From NCBI GenBank assembly GCA_051294375.1, contig CM119267.1, forward strand, positions 13,339,081 to 13,403,080: DNA of 64,000 bases. The letters are read 5' to 3'. A model generated the notes under the pieces. The model was not told the origin of the DNA. It worked only from the letters and a program-made list of their open reading frames with translations, and made no database searches. Position numbers and translations under genes: made by a program. This stretch comes from Paraspadella gotoi. Its lineage: Eukaryota > Animalia > Chaetognatha. The number at the start of each line of letters is the position of its first letter. The stretch's first letter is position 1. Shown here piece by piece: positions 23,428 through 35,591 of the stretch.

Positions 23428-26217
23428 CAAAATTCAACGGTGAACAAAAGAATAACATTAATATTCGGAAATTAGTTTATCGTTTCGCAGACGGTTGGTC
23501 ATGTTTTCATAAAGATGTGGCCCTTTTTTGTGATCGTTCAGCTGTTTTCCCTCTCTCTCGCTCTCCATCGTTTCATCATTTTCTGAAAGACCCGAGGGCA
23601 AATTTTCGGCCCGACTACTTTTTGGCCCAAAAAGCCAACAGACATTCCCTCCAACTCAAATAGACGGCGAAGATCGTAGATCAGTCCTTCCGTTTTCTGC
23701 GGAAGAGCGACAAGCCCGCCGTCGGAACGTGCGTCTCCTCTGCGGGGCGTTGACCACCCTCAGCATCCGAGTCACTCCTCTCACCCTCGAGGATCACCCC
23801 ACCCTCTCGAGACGGAAAGCTGCAATGAAACACCGGCACCCCACGTCGACGAAACCCTTCAGACTTGGCCGCCACCGCCGGCGCGCCACTCCGCTCCGCC
23901 TACATCCTTTCCTCCACGGCCGTCTGCTGTGAGTTCACTCGCCGTGAAAAACCCACCCGTTCCTGAGTCCCGATTCCTGAGTCCTGAGTCCTGAGTCCCG
24001 ATTCCTGAGTCCCGATTCGGGAACGACGGAGCGCGACAACCAAATGTTCTTCAATTCTTTCGTGTTATTTTTTTCCTTTTTTTTTTTTTGCGACGGGGGA
24101 CTCAAGTTGTACTAAAGTCATAAAAAAATTTTGGATATTAATAAAAATAGTTTATAAATATTAAATAATACATTAACTATATATAGTAAATCATTATTTC
24201 AATTAAAACTTTTTTTCAAAATAAAGTGAACCGCAGCTGAGACGTCCTCATTGTGTTTTTTTTTTTTTTTGTTCAATTTGACAAGTTTTTTTGAAAGGTT
24301 CCTTTCAAGCTTTGTTGTTAATTTGAAACTCGTGTGTTGAACCAAATGTTTTGTTTCGGTTAGTTGATCTGTCACTCAAATATTATATCTGTGTCGTGAA
24401 AAATTGAAAAATTAGCTAAAATTCGCTAAAATCTCCTCAAAGAAAAAGTTTCCATCCCAAAAACCAAAGTTCTTCCCAACTCCTTACCTTAGAGTCAAAG
24501 CTTTTCCGAAATCGGCCCACGACAACCCATCTTCAATTTCTTTTTCGCTCCATTTCGCCGCCATTTTTCCCCCGGCCGGCGTCCGGAAATCCTTCGTCCA
24601 CCAGGCGTCCGGAGCTTTTTTTTTTTGTTTGTTTGCTTTTAGCGAGTTGCCCGGCGTTTGGGCGGGAAAACTGGGCGTCGCCGGTGATTCGAATATTTGG
24701 GCGCCAAATTTAGGTCATCGTTCGCCCGGCGTCGGATAAAACTTTCGGCGGAGAAACGCAAAGTAGGAAAAACTAAACGAAAACCTAACGAAATAACAAT
24801 CAAGAAACGAGCACAGTGACAGAGACAGAGGGACGAGAGAGATTTGTAAAATAGAAAAAGAGAAAGAGAGAGTGAGAATCCTTAGTAAAAAAAATGCTGC
24901 GACTGCTTTCTTGTTTGCGTGCGTGAGTTATGGAACCAGAATGGTGAAAAAGAGGAGGAAGGGGAAAGCGGTTGCTGAAACTCCATCCCTGCTAAGCGCT
25001 GCTGCTCATCCTCCTCCTCTTCATTGAGTATTGTCCTTGTCCTCTTCCTCTTCCTCTTTGGAATCATCCGCACGGGGAAACGACGCGCAGACAGAGAGAG
25101 AGACAGAGAGAGAGAGTCATGGGCCATATAAGGTATAGGTAGCTGCAGGGGCTTCACGCACGCGAAAAGAGAAAAAGTAGAGAAGGAGAGAGTGGAGGAC
25201 AAAGGGGGAGGAAGAAGGGAAGTCGGAAGGGGAAGGAGGCGGATCAAAGAGTTGAGAAAGGATGAAAGGCGGAAAAGAAAAATGAGGTGTTGCGGGAAGA
25301 GAAAAAGATGACGAAATCGTTGGGATGGTGTGGATAATCCGAGGAAGGGGTGAGGTTTAAGATGGTTCTTCGTCTGCCACGCAGTCATAACGAGACCCCC
25401 GAGGGAATCGTACCTTCTTACCCCCCTCTCATCCCTGCAACCCCCCTCCCCTTCTTCGTCCTCTCGGGTGGCGCAGCAAGATGAAAGCAATTTGGAAGAG
25501 AATGTTGAAGAGAATTAACATGAGAAAATTGAAGGGGGAAAGTTTGGGAGAGAGTCGTTGGTAAGATTTAAAATTTACGATTTGCAAAAAAAGGATATAA
25601 ATGAAAATTTATTTTTGTCTCACAAATGTTGCAGTAGGATATTTATATTTATATTTCGGAATTATCATGTAAATACCTAGCAAAATCGGTATAACCAAAA
25701 CACCTGAACTGCAGTTTCGTTTTTATTTACGTACCAACTAGTCTGATTGTGAATATCAGTCCGGTTTACGTACTAGTAAAAGGCAATTATGTTACTGAAA
25801 TTAAATCTTAACGTTTTAATATTTACAAACAACATATGTAATCTTCCCTAACTTGCCATAATATTTTCTTTGTAAAAAAATGTTTTCTGCATTGTGAATG
25901 TTAATCATTTTACATCTCATTTTAGATCTGACTCGGCAACGAAGCGAACGTGCGGCGGGAAAAGAGCAATCTCAGAAATCGTATATCTCGCGCCCGACCG
26001 GTTGAAAAATATTCCGATCACGTTCCCACCAGCGACGACCTTGGGTCCCAGCGATTTTGACTCCACGGTTTCCATCCAGTTTCTCATATTTCCTATGCGG
26101 ATTAAATATAAAAAATCACGATGTCTGCTTCCGAAGCTTGAGAGAGAGAAATGGTGTTTATTTACAGTATAAATCCGTTCTTTGTTTTTATTGAAGTTGT
26201 AATAATGTCAATAGAGT

Positions 26218-26453
26218 AGCGGTAGTATTTCATACCCTGATACCCTGAATCAGCAGCACCTATGGCGCCGGAGGTAGCACGAGCTCCTCCCAACCCAAAA
26301 GCACTCGGATTCGCGCCCTGCTGATTCACACAAGTAAAAGCGGGACGGGGCTGTAGTGACGGACTACATCCCGATCCGAAGTTCGGGACCTTGTGTGCAA
26401 CGGACGGTGAAATGCTCGCGGTATCGTCTTCCACATTGGTGAGCCCGACGTGA
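26218..26453 (+). mobile_element. Divergent tRNA-containing LTR followed by a tRNA-Trp PBS
   Basis: Homologous to the 51788-52445 LTRs (CTCCCAACCCAAA, GGGACGGGG, GATCCGAAG). Ends CCACA, then T, then PBS TGGTGAGCCCGACGTGA (26437-26453). The left boundary is approximate. Confidence 0.75.
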
Positions 26454-27177
26454 TATATATAATATAATATGTAATATAATTTTTAAAACTTTTTTTAAAA
26501 AAATATCCACATCGCAAGTTGTGTTTACTTATAACAGGCCCTGCCAATAGAAAGCCCCATAGAAATGTGGGAATACATAATTAATTATGTTTTGCTACAA
26601 TGTACTTTCAACTGACTGATCATCTTAATCTGAATCATTTCATAATTCATTAATGGTAAGGTTAGATCAACTTAGCTCTGGATTGCATTTTTGTTCAAAA
26701 TGACGAACTAGGCTGCGTGCGCCCCCTTTTATCCTCCTTTCCAAAGCACAAAAACAAAGAGCAAGATATGTTTGCATTTGTATAAATATTTCATTTTTAA
26801 TTATAAAAAAATTTAGAAAATATTACCTTATCTTCAGAAATAATACCTCATAGAACGATTTTTTTCTATAACCACCCCGAGTCCCGCAAGTTCAGTATCA
26901 CTTTTAATAAAATTGGTGCAACCAAAATATTTTTTCAAAAAATCTGCTAGTTGATGAGTTTTAATTAATTTCACTAGCTTTCTTAAATTTTTTCTTTAGT
27001 TTTTTTGATATATTTGTCTCTCAAGTTGATTAATATATGATCTTTATTGCACAAGAAGTTACTAGTAACTCGTACGAACAAGTGGCTATCGGAGCATTTT
27101 TCAAGATTTTCAAGATATTTCGTTGCAAGGGCCGATGATATTTTGGCCAAGTTTCTCGTCACCATCGACTTTTTTTG

Positions 27178-27369
27178 GCATAATTTTACTTTCGCCGACC
27201 TGGGTGAGGGGGGGTTTAAGGTTAAGGGTGGTTTAGGTTTAGGGGTAGATAGAGTTTAGGGTTGGGGTAATTAGGTAATATTTTTTTAAAAATATTTTTA
27301 AAAAAATAAGGATTTTAAGTAGTTTTTCAAAAGACGCCAAAACCCCGGTTGGCGAAAGTAAAATTTTGC
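27178..27369. mobile_element. Small inverted-repeat element enclosing degenerate TTAGGG-like repeats
   Basis: Arms GCATAATTTTACTTTCGCCGACC / GGTTGGCGAAAGTAAAATTTTGC; interior includes GGTTTAAGGTTAAGGG...TTTAGGG. Confidence 0.7.
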
Positions 27370-27461
27370 ATTTTCTATTTGGAACGACAGATCAGAGTCA
27401 ATCCGTAACTGCGTAGGCGATCAGATTTTTCCTACATATAGTCGAAGATAACTATGATGAA

Positions 27462-27539
<78 letters not shown>

Positions 27540-27547
27540 AGAAGGCG

Positions 27548-28047
27548 CTACACAAAAATATCGTCCTCTTCATCATTCAACTTTTCGAATCCAGTTCTTC
27601 CGGGAGAAACGAAAAGTTGAGCGATTCGTTTATCGTCAGCGTCATTCTTGTCGTCGTCGTTGTTGTTGTTGTTATTGCCGAATCCGTAAGAGACTTTCTC
27701 GGCGCCCCCGCGATTTTCGTCGTCACTATTATTGCCGATTTGATTGGCAGTGAAACTAGATCGAACGCCTCCGCCTAAATCTCTGCCAACTTTAATTTCG
27801 AGTTTGTCTTCGTCGTTATTTTCGCCGGCGATTCTCTCCCTCGTTTCGACGTCGGTCGACCAATGGCACCGGGCGTCCGACGCTGCTCGGCTCCGCCGCG
27901 GTGGCGAGCTCGCGTCCGCTCCGGGCGCCGGGCCGCCTCCGACGGCCGGATTATGACCCGGTTCTGCCGACCCCAACCGGCGACGGCGGCTCCGATTTCG
28001 TCCGACGCCGCGGAAGATGTCGCCGGCTTCCAGCGCTGCGAAGAGAT
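27548..28047 (-). CDS. DAAM: DAAM formin, terminal exon with DAD
   Basis: CTCCAG acceptor, phase 1: DLFAALEAGDIFRGVGRNRSRRRR (DAD core plus basic tract), in frame with ORF 27548..27976 to the stop. Confidence 0.8.
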
Positions 28048-28537
28048 CTGGAGGGTGAGGATGGGGGAGGGAAGGGATGAGGGTGGGGAAGGGAAGGGAT
28101 GAGGGTGGGGGATGAGTTTGGGGTAGGCGAGGACAAGATGGTTATGACGCTTTGGTGAAAGATGAGTTTACAATGAGCATGGATTCTGCGATGCGTGAAA
28201 AAGAGAAACTCAGTTTTGTTACTAATATATCAGCATGACATCATAATCGTTTCCTTGAATATTCTTGCTTATATGTGTATTAAATAGTATAAAAGATAAG
28301 ATACGACGGTGATAAAATTAATCAAATGAATTACTTCGGAGTAATCGGCGAAATTTCACCGTAATCATCCGGAAAATCTTCAACTTAAAATCACGGATAC
28401 AAAATATAAAAATAAATGAGACGCAAATGACTCGATGTAAAGAGGCGAAGAAAAATGTGAAGACTGAAGAGTCGCATCCGGCATCTCATCTGTGAATCTA
28501 CTTTTAGTCATATGTCATAAATCAAATCGATCCCGCC

Positions 28538-28572
<35 letters not shown>

Positions 28573-31500
28573 AGCTTTTCTAGTTCTAGCATTCATTTCA
28601 CTAACCTTTTTAGAAGAAAAGCTCGCGTTTAATATTGGACAATGCACATCTGAAGACGACCAAACCTTTGTATTTTTACAAATTACAAACAAACAATTAT
28701 CAAACTCAGAATTTAGATTAGATAGACGACAAACGAAAGTGGTAAATTTTCCTTTTTTATATATTTTTTTACTCCCAAAGAGGAGGGAAGAACATTACCG
28801 TAATATTTTCTTTGCGCGACCTCCATAATTTATAACCTAATTTTAAATTTTTTTTCCATAAAATTTTTTTGGAGAGAAAAAAAAAAAGAGTTTCGCAAAG
28901 ACGTCAGAGGGTTGGTTAAGGAGAACGAGGACTTTGTAAGAAAATGGGAGATTAATCATTAAGTGTAAAACGGATGAAGAAGTTAGGTTAGAGAGTTAGA
29001 CTGATTTTTGCTAAAAATAAAATTTATCGCTATTCTTGCCTCAGCATTACAGTAACTACTTTCTCTATAATTTTAAATGTCGTTAATAAAATTTTCCTGA
29101 AAGGATTCAACGTGTGACTGACTTTATTTTGCGTATGTGTCATAACTGATATAAAATATTAAAGTTACTTTAAAATAAAATTTTACGCTTTTTAATATTT
29201 AACTTCCTCACATCCTGAATGAAATCTCGAGAACAAAAAAGTCTAATTCCTTTTCAATCAAGAAGCGCAAACAGTAGTCTATATCATTATTCTTTGAAAA
29301 ACCATTTGTATCAATTAGAAATTAAAATCTAGGAATACAATCAGTTTTTTAATAGTTGAAAATGAGTTACATAAGAAAAAGAAAAAAAAATATGTTCGTT
29401 CGTCATCGACGTTTCGTCGTCGTCATTGTCCAAACGTCTGCTGTCGTCAACGGACGTCAACCGTCACGGAAAGGGTGTTTGAAATAATTGGCAACCCCTT
29501 TTTCCGCGTCGTAATTGGCGCTCGAGACGTCACGCTGGTCGTCGTCGTCATCATCGGAAATCGTTGTTCGCAGCCGTCGTCGTTTCGTTTAGGCAAAATT
29601 GAGCAAAAATCGCGCAAATATCATATTACTTTAACGATCCCCTTGAAAATTTTGCTTCTTTCTGCAACGGAGTGGTGTTTTTATTCACCAGGTGACAATA
29701 GATCGTTTAAGAAAATGGCTCTCAATGACAATAGATCGTTTAAGAAAATGGCCCTCAATGCGCCTGGAATTTAAAGTTAAAGTCGCATTCTGTAAAAAAC
29801 GAATTTCTGGGTAGTCACTAAAAATTATTTGAGTATTGTCCTTTTCTATATTTAAGTCCATGAACAATTTTGAAACATGTTTCAACTATCGAAAGCTTAA
29901 ATGCTTAAAGCACTAAATCAAAGCCTAACAAAATTCCTCATCAAATGACATTTACACATTGCAAATAATTTTTTTTTTTTTTAATAAAATAAAATAAAAT
30001 AAAATAAAATAAAATAAGATAAGCCTTTCCAACGGGAAAGCTTTTTTGGCACGCTATCGCGACTTTGCCTCAAACGTAACAATTTGTTGAAGAAAGTCTG
30101 TTTTTAATATGTCTGGAGAGCGAGAGAATATAGATTGAGAAAATCCCATCGGAGGTTAATGTTCCGCGTCATCACTATGAATCTTTTTACTCGTCGCAAA
30201 AACTCAGCCAAGGCTACAATTTTATTTTTCTATTTTTTTTAGCTTTCGTTTAGAGCCCGTTACCTTTTAGCATCTGTTACCTTTTAGCACCTGACATATT
30301 TTAGCTCATTCAATCGTCAAGCACCTGTACTCGTCATCGAAATCAAATGAGTCGCATCCCTTTTTTTTTTTTCAAAGAGCGTTAGCCTACGTCGCGATAT
30401 ATATTTCCTTGCTATGCTCGACTCTTGAAAAAATCGGGCGTTTCCTCCGCTTGTCAAAGAGAAAAATGAAAACGACTCGTAAATTGGGAAATTCGCTTCC
30501 ACTTCGAGCAGCAGAACGAAATGACGAAAGTCAATGTCCTCATTTTGAGAAGGAAAAAGCATAAAGAGGTCGAAGGGATATCTAGGAAAATGAGTTATAA
30601 ATGGATCGTAATGGTCGTGCAAATTTCATACGAAGCTCAAAAATTCGAATCGCCCCTGAAAATAGAAAGTCGTTACATATACGGTCATCATAATCATCAT
30701 CGTCGTCGTGGTCGTCATCATCATCGTTATCGCCATCATGAACGTCGACATCGTCATATACCGATTACGGATCACCGTCGTCGTCGATATTATCCGTATC
30801 CGTTGACTTCTTCGAACGGAATTCATAGCATCGGATTTTGCCTCCGTTTCACTAACGACTGTCTTCTTATCGATAATTATTAATAAGTCGGGAAACGAAA
30901 GAAAACCGACGACGACGACGACGACGACGANNNNNNNNNNGGCGGCGGCGGCGGCTAAGCGGAGCAGAAGGAACAACCAGGAAATATGAAAACAAATCAT
31001 TTGCATAAATCCGCGCCGCAGAAAGGAAGGAGAGAGGGGGAAAAGGGGACCTTGAAAGAGGCTCTGGGGGTTTTAATCTCGCTTTCGTGATAGACGAGTT
31101 GTTACTTTAAAAACCTCGTCGTTCTTACAGGAAGACACAAAAGCTTCGACGGAAACCGCTTAAGAGTGTGAAACTTATCACGAACGCTTAGGGCACCGCG
31201 ACTAAAAAAGACATCGCGAAAGCATTCACGCTCGTTAGGCCCAAGAGAGCACTTAACGTGAAACTTAAATTTAAAAAAAAGGGGGAAAAATGGAAAATAT
31301 GATATAACATCTCGAGTAGCGGCGTCGTCTTCAGCCCCACCGGCCGCCGGCGCCCCCCTGCGGATAATGATTGGAACGGCGCCGTGTATCGCGAATTTTC
31401 CAGGCGCCTGGGACACAAGAATGATTAATGACGCTTGGTGTTCATCAAATAATTGTCAACGTCGTTGTTTTTGTTCTAGTGTGCGCTTTTTACACTGGTT

Positions 31501-32059
31501 TTTGTGGATTTTAATGGTTTATGAAAAGTCTTAGGAAAATGTTGGGAAAATCGACCTTCGAACGCCTCGTTGATCGTCTGCTCTTTAGAATGCTTTATCT
31601 CTCTCTCTCTCACTCTCTCTCTCTCCCTCTCTCATTCTTTCACCTTTTTTCCCCTCATACTTTCTTCAAAGTTTTCTTTTCCACGCTTATATTTTTTTCA
31701 ATTTTTCGCGCTATTTCCACTCTCTTTACAATTCTTTTCCATACAAATTTTTTTCTCTCCCCTTTTCCTTCCCCTTTTTTCTTCCTCCCGATCGAGTCCT
31801 CGAGGCAGATGTTCGCGGCCCCGCCCGCTCTCGTTCGCCTAACCTTGATAAACAAGAGCCAAAGCTGACGCAAATCCTTTCTCCCGATTCCTTTTATTTT
31901 TCTCCTTTTTTTTATCCCTCCGCGAAAAAATATTTATCCCTCCCTTTGAAATGGTTTGAATTAGTTCAGGCAGTAGAATAAAATGGAATTGGGAAAAAGT
32001 GATTTCCAAAGGTTAGTATTGATAACACTTCTTTTTCTGACTGATGTTATATTATAGAA

Positions 32060-32978
32060 TTAATTTAATTTCCATTTAAATTCCTTTCCACTCGGACGAT
32101 TCCATCGAAACTTCATATCCAGCTCAATCACACACTTGCCTACCCACACACAAAATTTCATTCCAATCCATCCATCCAATCACGAGTAATTGGTGTTTTT
32201 TGCTCAGGTGGGACGGACGGACGGACGGACAGACGCACGGACGGACAGACGAACGGACTGACGGACGTTCAGACAGACAGACGGACGGACGGACATCGTT
32301 TTTTTTTTTTTTTTGCATAATTTATCATAATTCGATGTTCTGACATGATATAAAAGAATGCCCGACAAGATTGAGAGGGCGGACCGACGGACCAACAAAG
32401 TGAATTATAGAGTCGGTATCTGCTGAAAGCAGATCCGACTAAAAATAAGTCATTTTTAATTTAAGTATTTTTACTTATATTTACTTATAATTATTATATT
32501 CAATAATAATTGGATAGATAAATTGAATTAAAATTTTGTGTGTGGGTAGGAAAGTATGTGATTAAGCTGGATATAAATTTTTTTTGGAATCGTAAGAGTG
32601 GAAAAGAGTTTAAATTATAAAACCAAAAGACACATTTATTTGAATTTTTAAAAGTTTCTCTCTTTCTTTTTCTGATTGATTGATTGAATGATTGATCAAA
32701 TTATGCCTGTGAACCAAATTATGCCAGTTGACCAAATTATTCAAGTGACCAAATTCTGCAAGTTGGTATTGGCGCAGCTACTGGTCATGTTTGATAGATC
32801 AATTGATTTATAGCTTTTTTCATAAATTTATTAAGAAGTCTGTTATGATTAGTTATGTTACGATTTGTTACAAGATCACAAATTAAAAGTCAGAAAAAAT
32901 TACCATGATTTATCATCTGTTAGCTTATTACCACATAATTATCGTAGGCAGATCCGACATTGTTTGCTCAAATTTGTT
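32060..32978. mobile_element. DINE-1/Helentron-like non-autonomous elements (3' part on +, 5' part on -)
   Basis: (GACG/GACA)n microsatellite, 3' stem-loop GTCGG-TATCTGC-TGAAA-GCAGATCCGAC, subTIR GCAGATCCGAC, AACAA-type terminus, 20-bp internal tandem repeats. Confidence 0.7.
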
Positions 32979-33834
32979 ACCTTCCTATTCATTGACATCA
33001 GAGTTTTTTGTTTGTTTTTTTTTTTCTCTCTCTCTCTTCACCCCCCCCCATCTCCACCATAAACACTGGATCAGTTTTGAACTCCGCGACAAAAGAAACA
33101 ACACCCAGCCAATCATCCACCCCCTCTCCTCGCCCTCTCCTCACTCTCTCTCTCCTATTTTCTTCCGGCTTCCTCCTCTTTTTTCTCACGCGGAAGTTTC
33201 CTTCCTTTTCTTTTCTCCGCCATAAATCTCAGCGTTGAAACGGTAATTACGAAGTCTCGGTCCGAGAGAGCGAAGCCGACGGGTTTAACGTCGCATCGGC
33301 TCGTGAAAGGCGATTCGCGCCCCTGTGAATATCGCCCGCCTTATAAAACCTCATGAAAGCCTTTGAAAAGTGGAATATCACCCTCGTAAAAAAGAAGGAA
33401 TAGTGAAAAGGACGAACTCGAAGCAATGCCGCAACTAGTTGGGCATTATCGCATTTCAGCTTCAAAATAAAGATAGATATATAAGAAAAAAAATACATAT
33501 TAAATATTAAATATGTTTTAAATAAATGTTAAATTTATTTATTAGTTTTACTTTGTATATCTGTATTATAATGGGGAAAGAATTTTTAGAGATATTAAAT
33601 CAAAAAGTATTAATGAACGGTTTTTTTCTCAAAAATGACAATGCGGATAAGTTGTTCGTTTTAAACATTAAAGATTGTTATCTCTACAGGTAAAGGAAAG
33701 CTTATGTATAATCAGTTAATCACATCATCAATCGCTTTTTACAATCCATTTATTACCTCGGTACTCTATACTAATGAATTCTGTGAGCAAACGTAAAAAC
33801 AAACACGAAGCGCAGAACACATACATCAGGCAAC

Positions 33835-34210
33835 CTGCGCTGTTTTCATCGTCGTCGTCTTCGCATTCGAATCTCAGTTTTTTCCTCGATTCTCTTCGAT
33901 GACATTCGCCAGCGCCGCGCGCGTCCGTCCCAGCGCGGCAACTGGCACGGCTCGCGCCGCGCCGATTCTCGCGCATCGATCCTTGGCGGCGCCATCGATT
34001 CTCCGCGACGCCGACAACGCGGCGCCCGTCCTGCTTGAGTTGTTGCCGACGCTTTTTCCGCAAGGCCGACTGTTGTTGCTGTTGTGGCTGCTGCTGCTGC
34101 TGTTCTTTCTGACGCGGCGGCTGAGGCTCCGACTTAGAATCTCCGCGCGAATCGTCGAGGGAATTCTCTGCAGGGAAGGATGCGCGGGAGAGTCTTTTTC
34201 CAAGATGGCG
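33835..34210 (-). CDS. DAAM: DAAM formin, low-complexity exon between FH2 and DAD
   Basis: Strong acceptor TTTTTCTCCCATTCTCAG (phase 0): RHLGKRLSRASFPAENSLDD...QQQQ...DDDENSA G|GT (phase 1). Its phases join the flanking exons. Confidence 0.65.
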
Positions 34211-34659
34211 CTGAGAATGGGAGAAAAAGGAAAGGAAAAAAAAATCTCGTTTTCGGTAGCCATAGTCGATGTAATTTAAATGCTAATGTATACAACGTTA
34301 AAATAATCTATCATGAGCATAGATTATAGTATTAAAATATTTTTTGTCAAAAATTATTTTTTCTGAGGGTACTAGCCTAATTAAAATTATTATATTACTA
34401 TATAAATTTTTTTTTAAATCTTACAAATTTTTAATGGATTCTGATAGAGCATAAAAAGTTAAACAAGAAATATAATTACAGCTTTTAAAAATTCTTACGT
34501 TTTCTTAGTAAAAAATTTTTTAAAAAACTGATGAAATCATCGAAAGATGATAATGATGACGATTTTTTACGGGTTTCTTATTTTTGATCTACTTATAATA
34601 AAAATATTTAAAAAAGAATTATACTATGTGTAGACAACTTTTTATGAACTACAAAATTT

Positions 34660-35068
34660 AAAGTCAATCGCCCCATCCACTCATTAGTAATTGGCGTTCA
34701 AATAGTAAAATAGATATTTTTGTTTTTTCCATTTAAACATGCACGATTCCATCGAAAATTCATATCCAGCTCACTTTCCTACCCACACACAAAATTTCAT
34801 TCCAATCCATTCATCAAATCACGAGCAATTGGAGTTTTTTGCTAAGGTGGGATGGACGGTCAGACAGACAGACGGACGGACGAACAGACAGATGGACGGA
34901 CAGACATCGCGCGACACATACGACGACAGCATTGAGAGTGAGGCAGTCCCCCGAAGGACGAACGCCTATCAAGTCAAGTCAAGACATCGTTTTTTTTTGG
35001 ATAATTTATCATAATTCGATGTTCTGACAGGATATAAGTGAATGCTGATAAGCAGATCCGACTAAAAA
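34660..35068 (+). mobile_element. DINE-1/Helentron-like element, 3' part
   Basis: Same core block, (GACA/GACG)n and GCAGATCCGACTAAAAA end as 32060-32445. Confidence 0.7.
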
Positions 35069-35176
35069 TCATAACTCGGCCTCTGTGCTCCGTTTTCCTT
35101 TCTCATCCGATCCGCGTTCGTATAAATTCGCGTCGCGTTTTTCGATTCTTTGATTTTGATTTAACTTGATATCTTC

Positions 35177-35223
<47 letters not shown>

Positions 35224-35234
35224 TAACTCGATAT

Positions 35235-35591
35235 TGTGGACGAACATCTAGAACACGCAACCTCGGTCAAACCACATGACCTTACCAACCTTACCTCGCT
35301 CAATTCCCCCAACTTATTTATGGTCAAAACGGTTGACCTTTATGGTCAAACGTTGACCTTTGTAAATACCATTGTAATAGACTTAGTATCTGAGCATTTT
35401 GACTGTTATTGTTTATAACCTTGTTGAAGAATAAATCATTCTTGATCTGAAACTTGTACCGTCCATACGTGGTGAGCCCGACGTGAAAAAATATAAAAAA
35501 GAAACAAAAAACAAAAAAAAACAAAAAAACAAGACAAAACAAAAAAAACAAAAAAACTAAACAAANNNNNNNNNNACTTGTACCGTCCATA
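35235..35591 (+). mobile_element. LTR retrotransposon (Gypsy-like) with its interior lost in an assembly gap
   Basis: 5' LTR 35235-35467 (TGTGGACG...CGTCCATA, with AATAAA), PBS TGGTGAGCCCGACGTGA 35470-35486, N gap 35566-35575, then the repeated LTR end ACTTGTACCGTCCATA. ATAT 4-bp TSD on both sides. Confidence 0.8.

Noticed and set aside
20856-23460. ORFs rich in ER/SL or Phe runs (also 54319-54663, 59708-60330)
   Set aside because: Translations of GA microsatellites and purine/pyrimidine tracts.
34528-34556. CTGATGA...GAAA near 34528
   Set aside because: GAAA is the loop of an ATCATC/GATGAT hairpin; no hammerhead stems.
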